Source: Octopus sinensis
Lineage: Eukaryota
Direction: 5' to 3'
Assembly: GCF_006345805.1 (NCBI RefSeq)
Contig: NC_043008.1
Span: 78,430,001 to 78,494,000 of the forward strand
Length of the DNA stretch: 64,000 bases
Made by a program: the position numbers and the translations under genes. The notes under the pieces are model-generated. The model ran no database searches and was not told the DNA's origin. It saw nothing but the letters and a program-made list of their open reading frames with translations. Positions 23,995-36,208 of the stretch are shown here, in pieces (position 1 is the first letter of the stretch; every line of letters starts with the position of its first letter).

Positions 23995-26751
23995 CTGGCA
24001 CTATGATGCACTAGTACTAGTGCATCTCGAGAACGGCGGGCTTGTGTTTGTTCTGCGGTTTCGGCTTTCCTTGCGTAGGCCGTCGACGCAGCATTTCGGG
24101 AACGGCAGTCCTCCATTTGTTCTGCAGTTTCGGCTGCCCTTACGTAGGACGTCGACGCAGCATCTGGAGAACGGCGGGCCTGTGTGTGTTCTGCGGTTTC
24201 GGCTGCTCTTGCGTTGGCCGTGGCAGCGGCATTCCGATCTAATCGAGTAGCTCTGCATTGGGGCGCCTCATTGGCCATTCTGGCACTCAGCCTCTGAATC
24301 AGCCATCTTTCTTACAATGCGGGCTCTCTTCTTTGGGGCTATTTTGGCAATTTATTGAAATTCTCTAATTAATACTTTGGTTAATCAAGAGAAGCATTAA
24401 TCAAAACGTGAACTGGTATCGAGCACAAAAAGGCTATTTTTACGCAAAAAATTGGTGTCAAACTGCAGCAGATGCTTTAAGTGTTAATTGATGAGTTGCT
24501 AGGCAAAAATATGGCCGGGCAACCCAAGTAAAAGTAATAGGTAAAGTGGAGTTTTATGAACAAAACTTGCGGTCAGTAACAGAAACCGAGCTACGAAGCG
24601 TAATTGTGAAAAGCGTTTGAGTCTGGGCGCCAAAGTATGCATTCTCACGCTTAATAGTACATTAAATCTTTTTGGATAATGATAATCCAAGGCCGCGCGT
24701 CCAAGGTCAAACGTTTACGTATGTCCCTCAGCAGCATTGACCAGGACACGTACGCACGCATACACGCACACGTTCAAGGTCATACGCAGTGCCACGCTCA
24801 CGCACATACACACACAGGATGTCTAAGTGTCAATAAGGGAAAATGCTTTTTGTGGTGTTTGATGGACGGGATAATTAATTAGTGGAAATTGGATTCAAGT
24901 TAGAAAAACATGGGGCATTTGTGAAGTGAGAAAAGCCAATCAATTTGCAGTAGCAATTAAAGAGCTTATTATGTGGAAGTTAAAGCGGTTGTAATTCAAT
25001 TTGAATGGGGAAGCCTGTAAGGGATTGTTATGGGCAAACTCTAATCAAATTAAGATTTCACACACCATAAGTAATAACCTGAGTACCCTTGTCACCTGAT
25101 ATCTAGATAGCGAACGATTCGACCTCAAGCTGGATGCAAACTTAACAAACAATAGTTGTCTGTATTTTCAAAATCATGCTGTGGTGCGGTCAAATTCGAG
25201 TTTTTCGCTTTTTTCTTCCTCCTTTTTTGTCCGATAATGACATGTGCACAGTCTCGCTAACTGAAAGCTTCATATCATGTGCCTGTTGTTCATTTGCGGT
25301 GTTTCAATAAAAAGTTCTTACTTAATCAAGGTAGTGCAGAAACACTGTATGACTCGTAAGTTCTAGCCTTGAATTGTCTTAGGTACCGATGTGCTTCTAT
25401 TTGGTTAGCTATAAAATGGGGTAAGAACAAAACTCAGGCTTTTTACAGATAAAGATTGCTTCATTTTGTGCTAAATCCCTTTCTTTGTTTTCGGAAATTA
25501 TGTTCGCCTTTCCATCACATATGTTTTTTAACGCGTTTGACTGAGCTTCTGCAGATTCTAAGCCCACCCTGAGGTGCAGCTGCACTGGGCAATTAATCAT
25601 CGCAAATTTGGCGGCTTTGTTGAAGAAAATCGATAAAGACCACCATGATAGCAAACCTTCACCAACAAAATGAAATGAATAATCAGGGCTGACAAAGTCT
25701 TCAAATTTCCTAGCAAGCGGAAAAATGCGACTGGAAATTAATAAGCATCTCAATTTTCACTCGTATATCAAAATACGAAAGCATGAAATTTCGCTTAAGA
25801 AAATCTTTGTATCTTAGGTCATTCGTACCTCAAGTTAGGACTAAAAGAAAAGGTTGCAGTCAATTTAAATGTGGAATAGTTATATTGAGTTTCCACTGAT
25901 TGATTGGTAATTTTAGTTAACTCGAATCAAATTAAGATTTCTTGCACCAAAAGGATCATCCTGATAACCCTGTTTAGTTAGGAAATGATTCGATCTTAGG
26001 CTGAATGCAAACAAATAAACGTTTTTTATAAAAATCCCTTGGTGGTGGAGGGGTCAACTTACCCGTTTTTCATTTTTAATCCTACTTGAATAAAACATCC
26101 TGGGCTCTGGCTGGATAACTTAAATCAATGGAAAGCATAAAAGTAAAGCCCTTCCTAAATAGATTCATTGAATATGCTCCAACTCTTTTATGGCATACTT
26201 AAGGAATGATAGCATATCAAACATATTTGGTCTTTCATGAAAATCCCGCCCTCTTGCCATTCACTTGGTCTAACTCGTTAATTATTCCCTGCATTTTTCG
26301 AATCGAAAAGGCGTGCACGTCTGAAAGCCAAAACACATGATAACGCGTCTTCGCAAAACACAAAAATGCGCCGAGTCATAAAGACTGTCTGCAAATGCGC
26401 ACGCGCATTCAACTGTCAAGGGTAAAATTATCTCCGTCCAGTCAAAGAACAGCTGGCTGTCTATTGGCGTATCTAGCTGTACGCACGCACCGCGTACAAA
26501 TTTCTATGTTTTAGCGATCTTTAATGGATATGCCCATAACTTATGGGCATAAGGGGTCGGTTTATTGATTTCTTTAATGGCTTTCTGGGGTGACTGCGAA
26601 AATGAAAAGATCTTCACGACCACCCTCAGATAGTTTTGAAAGCTCATAGAAAATGCGAGCCTTTTACGTGAAAAACTGTGGACATGTATAAAGGACACAC
26701 AGAAACACTGACACAAATACACAGACATTTTGCCGCTTATAGATATAGAGC
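23995..26751 (-). mobile_element. Non-autonomous Helitron (2.76 kb) retaining a putative RepHel N-terminus
   Basis: 5' end (G)CTCTATATCTATAAGCGGCAAAATGTCTG; 3' end is a 22-bp palindrome plus ATAGTGCCAG. Removing it rejoins the host LINE at A|T with no TSD, giving C-P-K-M-S-S-Q-Y-Y-L-P-M-R-Y-D-V-V-T-K. Confidence 0.8.
24021..24342 (-). pseudogene. Truncated ORF with 23-aa STPR-like repeats (Helitron RepHel N-terminus-like)
   Basis: Three 69-bp units (24031, 24100, 24169) encode RAAETAEHTQARR / RAAETAEQMEDCR / RKAETAEQTQARR. A frameshifted (M>I)APKKRAR start lies upstream. Confidence 0.7.
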
Positions 26752-27257
26752 TGAGATATGACGTTGTAACTAAGATATTGTATAATGATATCCGTCGGAA
26801 AGATAACCCCGATGACAAAGAAATAAGAACATCACAGTTTGGTAGAAACTATTGCCACTCATAATAAAAAGGAGTTCTGATGGTATGTCCCAGTGAAAAC
26901 TTCAATAAAATGTAAACATAATATACCTGACAGTGATTTGGGATTGAGAAGAGAAATTGGGTACAGCTGTGGAAATCAGCTGCGCATCGTATGTTGACAT
27001 AGAGCTGAAGATCAGTTTATCATTTAAGTGTATATGAGCATGTCTACACATCCAGAGATGGGCATGAGAATGCATGCATAAAAGAAAACATAAAAATCTG
27101 CACATATACATGTATTCATATATACAAAAATACCCTGTTGATGTTGCTGAAATTCCAATGACGGAGCCTTAGATCTAGGTTAGAAACCGGCCCTTTCTCT
27201 ATTGGGAAGATATCTTGAAATAAAACTGAATAATGGCATACATACATACATACATAC
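26752..27257 (+). mobile_element. R4/Dong-like LINE part 2 and 3' UTR ending in (TACA)n
   Basis: RYDVVTKILYNDIRRKD..HNIPD; 3' UTR ...GTTAGAAACCGG...AAACTGAATAATGG followed by (CATA)n. Confidence 0.8.
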
Positions 27258-28760
27258 TCAAGATATATACTAAAAATGCTAACAATGCCAAAAAATACAA
27301 CTGAAATTAACATTTTCAGCTGACATAGGAAAGGAATTTGGCCAGAAGAAATGTTATTAGATTGTTGAACGGGGAAATCTGTGCCCCAGATCCCAAACCT
27401 GTGCATCAATGGTCTCACTGTCTCTCCTCTCCTACACAAAGAATGCTACAAGTACCTAGGCATTGATGAAAATATATCTTACCAAGATACTGTGCATAAA
27501 GATTTAGTGACCCAAGAATATTACACCAGACTAAGAAAAATATAGCAAACTGAACTCTCCTCTTACAATATCCCACAATACATTTGAAGTATCAGTGCTG
27601 ATTCCAGCATTTGGGATACTTGACTGGCTCTTAGAAGAAATTCACTCCATGGATATTAAAATCCCCAAGATTCTAACATCAACTGGAAATCTCCACAAAA
27701 GTTGTGACGTCGATAGGCTCTACCTAAGAAGAGATAAAGGTGGTATAGGCTTAAGATCAGTGCAGACAGCCTTCAAATGTCACATAGTCTCTCTCAGATG
27801 GCACTTGCTAAACAACTTCAGCAAAAATAAATATATTAGTATATGCTAGAAAGTGAAGAAACCAATATCCTACGTGTTGGAAGTGAGCTCCTGATGACCT
27901 CCTATACAATCCCGAATCATCTGGACTAGCAGACCTCAAATATGACCAGGATGTGAAACTCTCAGCATTCCAAACAAAAAGGCCATGTATGGGTATGATT
28001 CTTGAAGACTTGAAGAAGATAGTAACATGAAGCAAAGCCTCTCTTGGACTCGTGACCGCTACATCATATGACACTTCGGAGGTTATGCATTTGCAATCCA
28101 AAATCAGGTGATTGTCACAAAATACCTAATAAGCAAAAGAGACAGTGAAGCGCTTTGTTCCAAGATGCAACCGAAAATGTAGATTATGTCATATTTCTGT
28201 GGAAGACATCACACATGTGACTAGTGCTGTTCAAAAATGTTTTCATGGTATTACCTCCTTACGTGTCATAACGTTGTCGCAAAAACAATATGCAATTCCA
28301 TTCGGAAAAAGATTGTCCTGAAATAGATATAGAGAATCCCCCTATTATTGAATGCGTATACAGATATCAGCACAAGGAATACTGATGGAACATTCCCCCA
28401 TCAAATCATCTGTCGAGTGAAAGTATAACAGGCCGAATATAGTTTTTGAAGACAAACAAGATAAGTATATACCGTCATAGAGGTCAGCTGTCCTGCTGGT
28501 GTGAATATCTCTTTGAAAATCGGACAACTGCTTCGAAACTTCCAGCTTCTATATCCGGATTAAAAAATTACATTTAAATCAATAATAATTGGAGCACTTG
28601 GTTTTGTAACTGTCAGTCTGGATAAGCTTGGATTTTCAGAAAAAGATATCAACCAACAGGTTCGCACATTATGAATACAATCAGTAAGCGGAACAGTAAA
28701 ATACTTTCTCAGGTTTAAAATATAATCCAACGATGTCATCTTTGTTAGAAACCAGTTTCA
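27257..28760 (+). mobile_element. Second (TACA)n-associated R4/Dong-like LINE, 5'-truncated and degenerate
   Basis: Starts at the (CATA)n tail of the previous copy. Peptides DIGKEFGQKKC, YKYLGIDEN, DVDRLYLRRDKGGIGL and RPNIV. Confidence 0.8.
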
Positions 28761-28818
28761 TCTTCAGAGGAAGAATTTAAATGATTAAAGACAGAAGCGG
28801 CATGCATTTGTGTGTGTT

Positions 28819-28872
<54 letters not shown>

Positions 28873-29344
28873 TGTGTACGTGTATGTGTTTGCAAAAATC
28901 TTTGAGCAATACCAGTGAAGAGTCAAGCAAAATATGTAAGACGATATCAATATACGATATGAAAGCAAAAATATAAACAATGACGTATTACCTTACACAG
29001 GTTGTTTCATGATTCTATGGAATTTGGGGAAAATTTTCTTTTTCAAACGATAATAATCAAAGTGTTCGAGAAAATGTGTTATCGACTTCTTAGTGAGTTG
29101 TAACGAAATCATTGTTTGAATTCCTCCATTCGTTGTTACGTTTGGGTGATTTTGGTAGTATCAGCCAACGCGGTAGAGAGACGTTGCTACAAGAGAAGTA
29201 AAAGGTGAGCGACATGACAAGCGTAGTATGTGATTGACACTCCTGTGTATAAAGAAGTGGTAGGAGAGGCCAATGGAAATATCCTAACTTTAAAATATGG
29301 TTAATAAATAAATTATTTTGAGAGTTTCTTTGTTCTAATGAGGC

Positions 29345-29560
29345 AGGTTGTATAAAGGCGCTGGGTATAGCAAAATGTTGGATTCGTCCTTTGATTTGGA
29401 GGTTTCCAAAAAAGATTTCTAATGTTGATTCTTCATACTTAGCTGGAAGTTTACTGGCGTAAATTTGCGAAGATATGAAAGTAGCACTTGTATGTAATAT
29501 ATGATGAAGTCCCATAAAAGTCATCAATTTAGTTAAAAATGGGGGAGACAAGTGTTAAAA
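29345..29560. repeat. Dispersed repeat related to 30930-31095 (direct) and 31700-31920 (inverted)
   Basis: Shares TTTACTGGCGTAAATTTGCGA with the inverted 31.8 kb copy and GAAGTCCCATAAAA..GGAGACAAGT with both. Confidence 0.7.
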
Positions 29561-30373
29561 TATATAAGAAGAAATAAGAAATGAGTGAGAAAAAGTAAAC
29601 AAGTTGAGTAGGTAAAGTGAAATAGTTAAAAAGGTAAGTCCATACCATCAGTTCGGTTCTGTTGTTAATTTCTCGTTTACGTAATATTTTAACACACCCC
29701 ATACCAAAATCTCGTAATAGTGTAATCTCGTAGCCGAGATCTATTTACTCATTTTTAACGTTGCTCTCTTAGTATTTTGTTATTGTTTTCATTTTCACCA
29801 TGTTCGTTTTATTCAGATTTATACATCTTTACATCTCATCATACATACATAAGTGTACGTTACTAATAGTGTCTGTGTGTACGTTTGTATTAAGTGTGTG
29901 CATATATATGAATAAATCGTCAGTAACATTTCTACTTCATAACCACATTGCTAATCATACCAGTTGTAATTTATATAAGAGATATATTTACAATTATTAT
30001 GCATAAATGCAAAGAATAAAATACTTCCATAGGTCTGTAGCTTCAACTTTGATCAATTAATTGCAGTATAACTTTTTTTCTTATTTTGATTCATTGTGAA
30101 TCTTGCTTCTCAAAGGATTTTCAAGTTCTATTAAATTGAGTATCCAACGTTACTTCGATCGATCTATTTCCTTTTAACAAACATGTATGATGTCCGCATT
30201 GATTGGAAAGAATATCAATGACACTTGATCTAAATACGTGACCATGACATTAACATAGATTGCTTTATATCTTTATATAACATGTGTGTGTGTGTGTTTG
30301 TGTGTGTGTGTATGTATGTGTGCGTGTGCGTGTACGCGTGTGTATGAGTGTGTGTGAAATAAGGAAGGCAGCT

Positions 30374-30815
30374 AGACGCAATACAAAACCAAAAACGGAA
30401 TTTTCAGTTGTCATTAATAGTGACTGTGGGTGCGGGGTAGAATCTACATTGCTAGAAACGAGAATCAAAGATACTATAGCCGCAAAAAAAGCACATGCCT
30501 ATGCACTGACAGGTGATATTACTGCCCAACAGTGGCGAGGTCGCTATACTAGGTAGTTTCGCTTAGCTCATCAGTAGTGACTACTCCGGCGCTGATGGTC
30601 AAGCTAAATCCCAGCTGTCAATATGTGGTATTTACCTTATGAATGAATGGCTGTTTCAGCAAAATGATGTGAAAGTTATAAAATAACGAAGACGTCAAGA
30701 CGCAATATAAAACCAAGGAGGAAAATTTCAATTGTCATTAATAGGGACTGGGGTGCGGAGTAGCACTTACATTACAAGAAACAAAAGTCAAATATCCTAT
30801 AGCCGCCAAAATGCA
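30374..30815 (-). mobile_element. ~324-bp unit in ~1.4 tandem copies containing a hammerhead ribozyme (retrozyme or tandem Penelope pseudo-LTR)
   Basis: AGACGCAATA.AAAACCAA..TTGTCATTAATAG..GGGTGCGG..CTATAGCCGC starts at 30374 and again at 30698. Flanked by (TG)n and (CA)n. Confidence 0.6.
30540..30581 (-). ncRNA. Minimal type I hammerhead ribozyme
   Basis: gtcacta CTGATGA gc-taa-gc GAAA cta-cc-tag TA tagcgac. Intact core, stem I 6/7 bp, G-C closing stem II, stem III ACTA/TAGT, GUA cleavage triplet. Confidence 0.8.
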
Positions 30816-30929
30816 CACACACACACGCACACGCAAACACATACAAACACACACACACACAAATATAGTCACATACATACATACAGACATACATGCATAC
30901 ATGCATATATATATATATATGTGTGTGTG

Positions 30930-31410
30930 TAGTACTTTTATATAATATATGGCGAATTTATGGAATGAAGTCCCATAAAACTCAACAATTTAATTTAAAA
31001 TAGAGGAGACAAGTTGTTAAAAAATATACGAAGTTTAATTCTTGCAGACGATCGTTTCGTACAGAGATATAATAACAATGTAAATTCAGGACTGTATTAA
31101 ATTAATTAAATTGATTAAATGAATCTCCTAGATTCAATTTTTCTGCTATATTCCTTCTCAAGTTCTTTGTATTATGGTTTTTGCTTCCTGCACTGAACAG
31201 TACGTTGATATTTAATTAATATTTAATATAGGTGTAGGAGTGGCTGTGTGATAAGTAGCTTGCCTACGAACCGCATGGTTCTGGGTTCAGTCCCACTGCG
31301 TGGCATCTTGGGCAAGTGTCTTCTACTATAGCCTCGGCCCGTCTAAGGCCTAGTGAGTGGATTTGGTAGACGGAAACTGAAAGAAGCCCGTCGTATATAT
31401 GTATGTATAC

Positions 31411-31455
<45 letters not shown>

Positions 31456-31805
31456 CGTTTATGTGTCTGTGTTTGTCCCCCCAACATCGCTTGACAACCG
31501 ATGCTGATGTGTTTATCTCCCCGTCACCTAGGGATTCGGCAAAAGAGACCGATATAATAAGTACTAGGCTTACAAAGAATAAGTCCTGGGTCGATTTGCT
31601 CGACTAAAGGTGCTCCAGCATGGCCACAGTCAAATGACTGAAACAAGTAAAAGAGTAATTCAGTCCTGAACTTACTTTATTGTTATATCTCTATACGAAA
31701 TCTTATAAATTTTAACAACTTGTCTCCTCTATTTTTAACTAAATTTTTGACTTTTATGGGACTTCATTCCACAAATTCACCATATACTATATACAAGTAC
31801 TATTT
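30930..31805. repeat. Diverged inverted repeat (30930-31095 vs 31659-31805) enclosing a SINE
   Basis: GGAATGAAGTCCCATAAAA..TAGAGGAGACAAGTTGTTAA..TTCAGGACTG versus its reverse complement. Confidence 0.75.
31231..31657 (+). mobile_element. Full-length SINE family B
   Basis: Same head, body and tail as the other copies. Confidence 0.92.
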
Positions 31806-31928
31806 TCATCGCAAATTTACGCCAGTAAACCCCCAGCAAAGTATGAAGGATCAATATTAGAAACCTTTTGTTGGTAACCTCCAAATTAAAGGACAAATCT
31901 ACATTCAACCTTTATACACCTATATATA

Positions 31929-33112
31929 TCTTTATATATATAAAACTGAGAATGTGTGTCTGTCTGTCTGTCTGTGTGTTTCCCTAAAACTTGAGAACTA
32001 CATAACCAATTTCATTCAAATTTTACACATGCCTTACGTAGGGTCCGGGGAGTGCAATCGGCAAAAAATTTGGAACTTTTTGCCTAGGGCGAGCCCACAG
32101 CAATATCATATCTTCTCCACTACGATTCCCTAAAACTTGAGAACTACACAACTAATTCCATTCAAAGTTTTCACATGCCTTACTTAGGGTCCATGTAGTT
32201 TCATGGGTACAAAAAATGTTCAACTTCTTGCCTAGAACGAGCCCATAACAATATCATATCTTCTCCACTATTTCAGTATTACGTGTTAAAAGTGAAACAA
32301 AAACGTTTCTCTATTTTATGTCAGATACTTTCATTTTAACAATAAAAATAATAATAACAATTGAATTATATGTAGTAAGTAATAATTAAAATCAAACTAA
32401 ATTATAATATAATCGTAACATAACAAAAGTAAAAATAGCAATTGGTATAAAATTGCATCAATGACTTGGACTTGAATAAGTGGTTTCACATGAATGAGAA
32501 TAAATTAAAAATAAAATTAGCGTGCAGAAATGGAATAGTCCAGATGGATAATAAAAAATTAAATTAAAGAAAAGACTATTGTCTATAAAGTATACAATGT
32601 AGAGAAAAAAGAAGATTTGAACACCTGGAGGAAAGCACCATCGAAAAGTGTCTTGGTGCGACTATGAAAGATATCTAACCAGAGGCGGTAAATTCGCCAC
32701 AATAGAAGCAAGGTTCGCGTCAACGGAGCGTGCAAGGGAGTACTCGACTCGAACTTGCAAAGTGGAAATATTTTATTTTTACCTTTATATCTGGGACGTA
32801 GAACGTCCCGGATAAAAATTTTAAATGCCCCCCCCCCCCCCCAGCAGTAGGAGTAGGCTGGATTGTAGCCACACTTCTATACAAGAGGGAGGACAAGATG
32901 CAATTGATCGAAATTACAAGAGACGGGCTAACAATTCCAGTCTGTTATATATTTTGAGTATTGTTATTACTAGCGATATGAAGATATAACTGTATTTTGT
33001 ATTTTATGGGTAGATGTATATATATAGATGTACATGTAATATGTATACATATATATACACATATATACATGCACTAGCACTATGACCCGGCAACGACGGG
33101 TCTTTAATGCTA

Positions 33113-33113
<1 letters not shown>
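31929..33113 (+). mobile_element. Non-autonomous Helitron family 1, copy 2
   Basis: A|TCTTTATATATATAAAAC...(TGTC)n...GACCCGGCAACGACGGGTC...CTAG|T. Contains an internal tandem duplication of ~145 bp. Confidence 0.9.
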
Positions 33114-33176
<63 letters not shown>

Positions 33177-34700
33177 CGGGCCCTCCTTGGCAAGGTCCTT
33201 GCACCTGCGAGGATGATGATTGAGGAACTTTGTCGTAGAGGCCTTAGCGTTAACAGCTCCAAATGAAATGATGGTTCTCAACCATCTTGCTTCACATCAG
33301 CTGCAGACTGTAAACCTATTTACAGATTCTTTCACCTCTCTTGCGATTCTACATTCATCAGCGTGGTGCTCTCTTGGAGCTACAGTTACTAACCGAGCTT
33401 TCGATGGCATCTTTCAATCCAAGATGCTTAAACTTGAGCAACTTTTTAAAAAACTTGAGGTAATTGAGCTTCACCAAGGTATTTTTCATACTTAGGAATT
33501 ACTTGTTGACTTCTAAGTTACGGTACTTTCTCGGAGTTAATCCCTCTAATAGATTCTGGTTTTTGATGACCTAATCCTCAAGAAATTCTGGTTTTTGATG
33601 ACCTAATCCTCAAGAAATTCCAATGCTTGATAAATGTCGGACTCTCTCCACAGCCCCGCGACCAGACTGCTTTGCCCAAACAGTTTGGGTGTCTAGGTCT
33701 GCGCAAGTGCTAACCTCTCTCTTCCCTGTTTTCTTTCTTTCATCCACGCTTACCCCCTTTTAGTAGGGAACATCCTCTCCTCTACAACATGGATTAGTTT
33801 CAACAGGAAGATCAGTGAAGCGCTGTCACAGTGGAGAGAACCAGGTCTGTCAGTTCCTGTTACAGTTGTGGATAGACTGCGCTTAAGTGCCACTTTCAAT
33901 TCGCTTCTTGATCAATCTGATCCATTTTCAAGGCGTCGCCAAATTTCCTCTAGTGCAAATTTATCAGGGGAATGGATTGATGCCCTCCAAGTGACCAACA
34001 TTGGTGGTCTACTCTGAACTCTGCATCTCCATCGCACTCAGAGTGGGAGCAAGCGTCTGTAGGGGACTGAGATATCACTGTGGTCGGCTCCTCGACTCCA
34101 CAAGTCTTCGCGGTCTGTCTTGCCGCCTTGATGCTGGTCGTTTTGCTCGTCACACCGAGCTAATCTTAATCAATAAGCGGGCCCTTACTCGGGCTAATAT
34201 CCCCTCAGTTCTGGAGCCGGCCGGATTATCCAGATGTGATGGGTAGAGACCATATGTCTTACTCACTGTCCTTGGGTAAAAGTCAGGCGCCCCAACTATG
34301 ACGACATAGTCTGTGGCTCCTTCGCTCCCTCCAGCATCCTAGATACTTCGGTATATGGGAGGGTCACTGCTTCCGTAGCCGAAAGGAATAAAATCCTGAA
34401 GTTCCGCGACCTGACAGTGAACTATGTCTTTCAGTCTGTGGCGTTGAGACATTTGGAGTAGCTGGGCCGCTAACGGCGAAGTTCTTGACATTATGAGCTG
34501 CTCACCCTACCAACGTGTCAGGTGATGCCCGTGAGGTTACTTGGCTGTTCCAATGCCTTAGCCTCGCCGTTGCTTGTGATAATGCAGCGAGCGTGTTGGC
34601 TTGCTTCAGTAGGTCCATTGAATCTTATGGTGTGCGAGTAATAAAGGCAGTTGTTACTGCATTGATCTTTTTCTGTTTTTTCTTCCTTTTTCTTTCTTTC
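33177..34700 (+). mobile_element. CRE-clade-like RLE non-LTR retrotransposon, 5'-truncated and degenerate
   Basis: Peptides [16 protein letters not shown] and IALRVGASVC..HCG..GLSCRLDAGRFARH..RALTRANIPSVLEPAGLSRCDG.RP. Tandem duplication of ~32 bp at ~33553-33618. Confidence 0.7.
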
Positions 34701-34973
34701 ATTTTTTCTTTTGTAAAATATATTTCTTTTCACTGAATTTTTGGAAATTGTAACAAACATTATTCATTTGGATAAGATAGTTATTTCTTTGTATTTATAT
34801 GTATATATACCTATTTTCTATTGTTTTCCCCTTATTTTGTTTCTTAATGATTATAGCTATTTACCCCCTAGATGTATGTATTTATACAGCTTACTTAGAA
34901 ACTTTGTATCTCTTGAGCATACAAAGCGACATCCAAAATGAATAATCGATTTCCCGTGTATATATATGTGTAC

Positions 34974-35042
<69 letters not shown>

Positions 35043-36208
35043 AGACCTTTATATAAATAAATAACGTGAAATACACGAAGAGACGAACAAAAAGACAAAC
35101 GGGTCATATATATATATATATTATATTATATTATATTAAATTAGAGATAAAACCACTATTAGTCAAATCAAACAGTGAAAATCATTAAGCCAATACATAG
35201 AAATAAAATTAATTAAAAAATATAAAAATATAAAATATAAAATATAAAAATCCGATTAAAATATTTAAATTAAAGTTAAAATTTAAAAAAGATATTTAAA
35301 TTAATAAATTAAACTTATAAATTTTATATATATATATATATATATATAATTTCAACAATTGAGGGCAAAATTAATTAATTATTAATCAATTTCACCAAGT
35401 GTTCAGTATGCAAAGGGACCATTCAAGGCGAATTCAAATTATTACATTATATATAATACATTATATAATGTATATATATATATATATATATATATTATTA
35501 TTTTATTTATTTATTTTTTTTTATTAAATTTTAAACTATCAAAAAGTATTAAAAGTTTAATATAAGATAAAGAGTAAAACACTGTGTATGTATGTATGTA
35601 CGTATGTATGTATGTATATATGTATGTATGTATGTATGTATTATGTGTGTGTGTATGTATGTATGTATGTATGAATGTACGTATGTATGTATGTATGTAT
35701 GTATAATGAGAGAGACGGAAGAGGGAAGATACGAGAAAGTTTACTGATCTCTTCGATTTTTTTTACCCATCTAGCATGGATCCTTCACGGGTGGAATACT
35801 GAACATCTGGTTTAGGTGTATCCAACGGTGTAGATGTGTCTCCTCAGGTTATTATAAGATGTATCTCGTTAAAATAATGTCTGTTTAGCAAGATTTCTTC
35901 TCGGTATGTGTATACAAGAGCAGCAAATTAAGAGATACTGCTTTATTATTATATAGAATCAATAACAAATAACAGGGGCAAAAAGAAATAAATACACAAT
36001 ACAACGAAAAAAGTATTAGATATAACCGTTAGTAGATATGAATGTACAAACGCCCTCGATTACGTTGTCTGTCGCATGTACAGTCGCTCGTACAAACTTA
36101 GACGAAGATATAAGCATACGCACACGCTTTATGTGGCGCATATACGCTCACACAACGAATGAAATAGATAGTAATAAAGCCATTGATATTAATAAAGTCA
36201 TGCCCACT

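Noticed and set aside
24031-24240. GC-rich three-unit repeat as a possible CRISPR-like array
   Set aside because: The units are contiguous 69-bp coding repeats with no unique spacers, there are no cas genes, and the context is eukaryotic.
32828-32843. Poly-C run, and phase slips in (TA)n tracts throughout the window
   Set aside because: Likely replication slippage or long-read homopolymer error; some TE frameshifts may be artefacts for the same reason.
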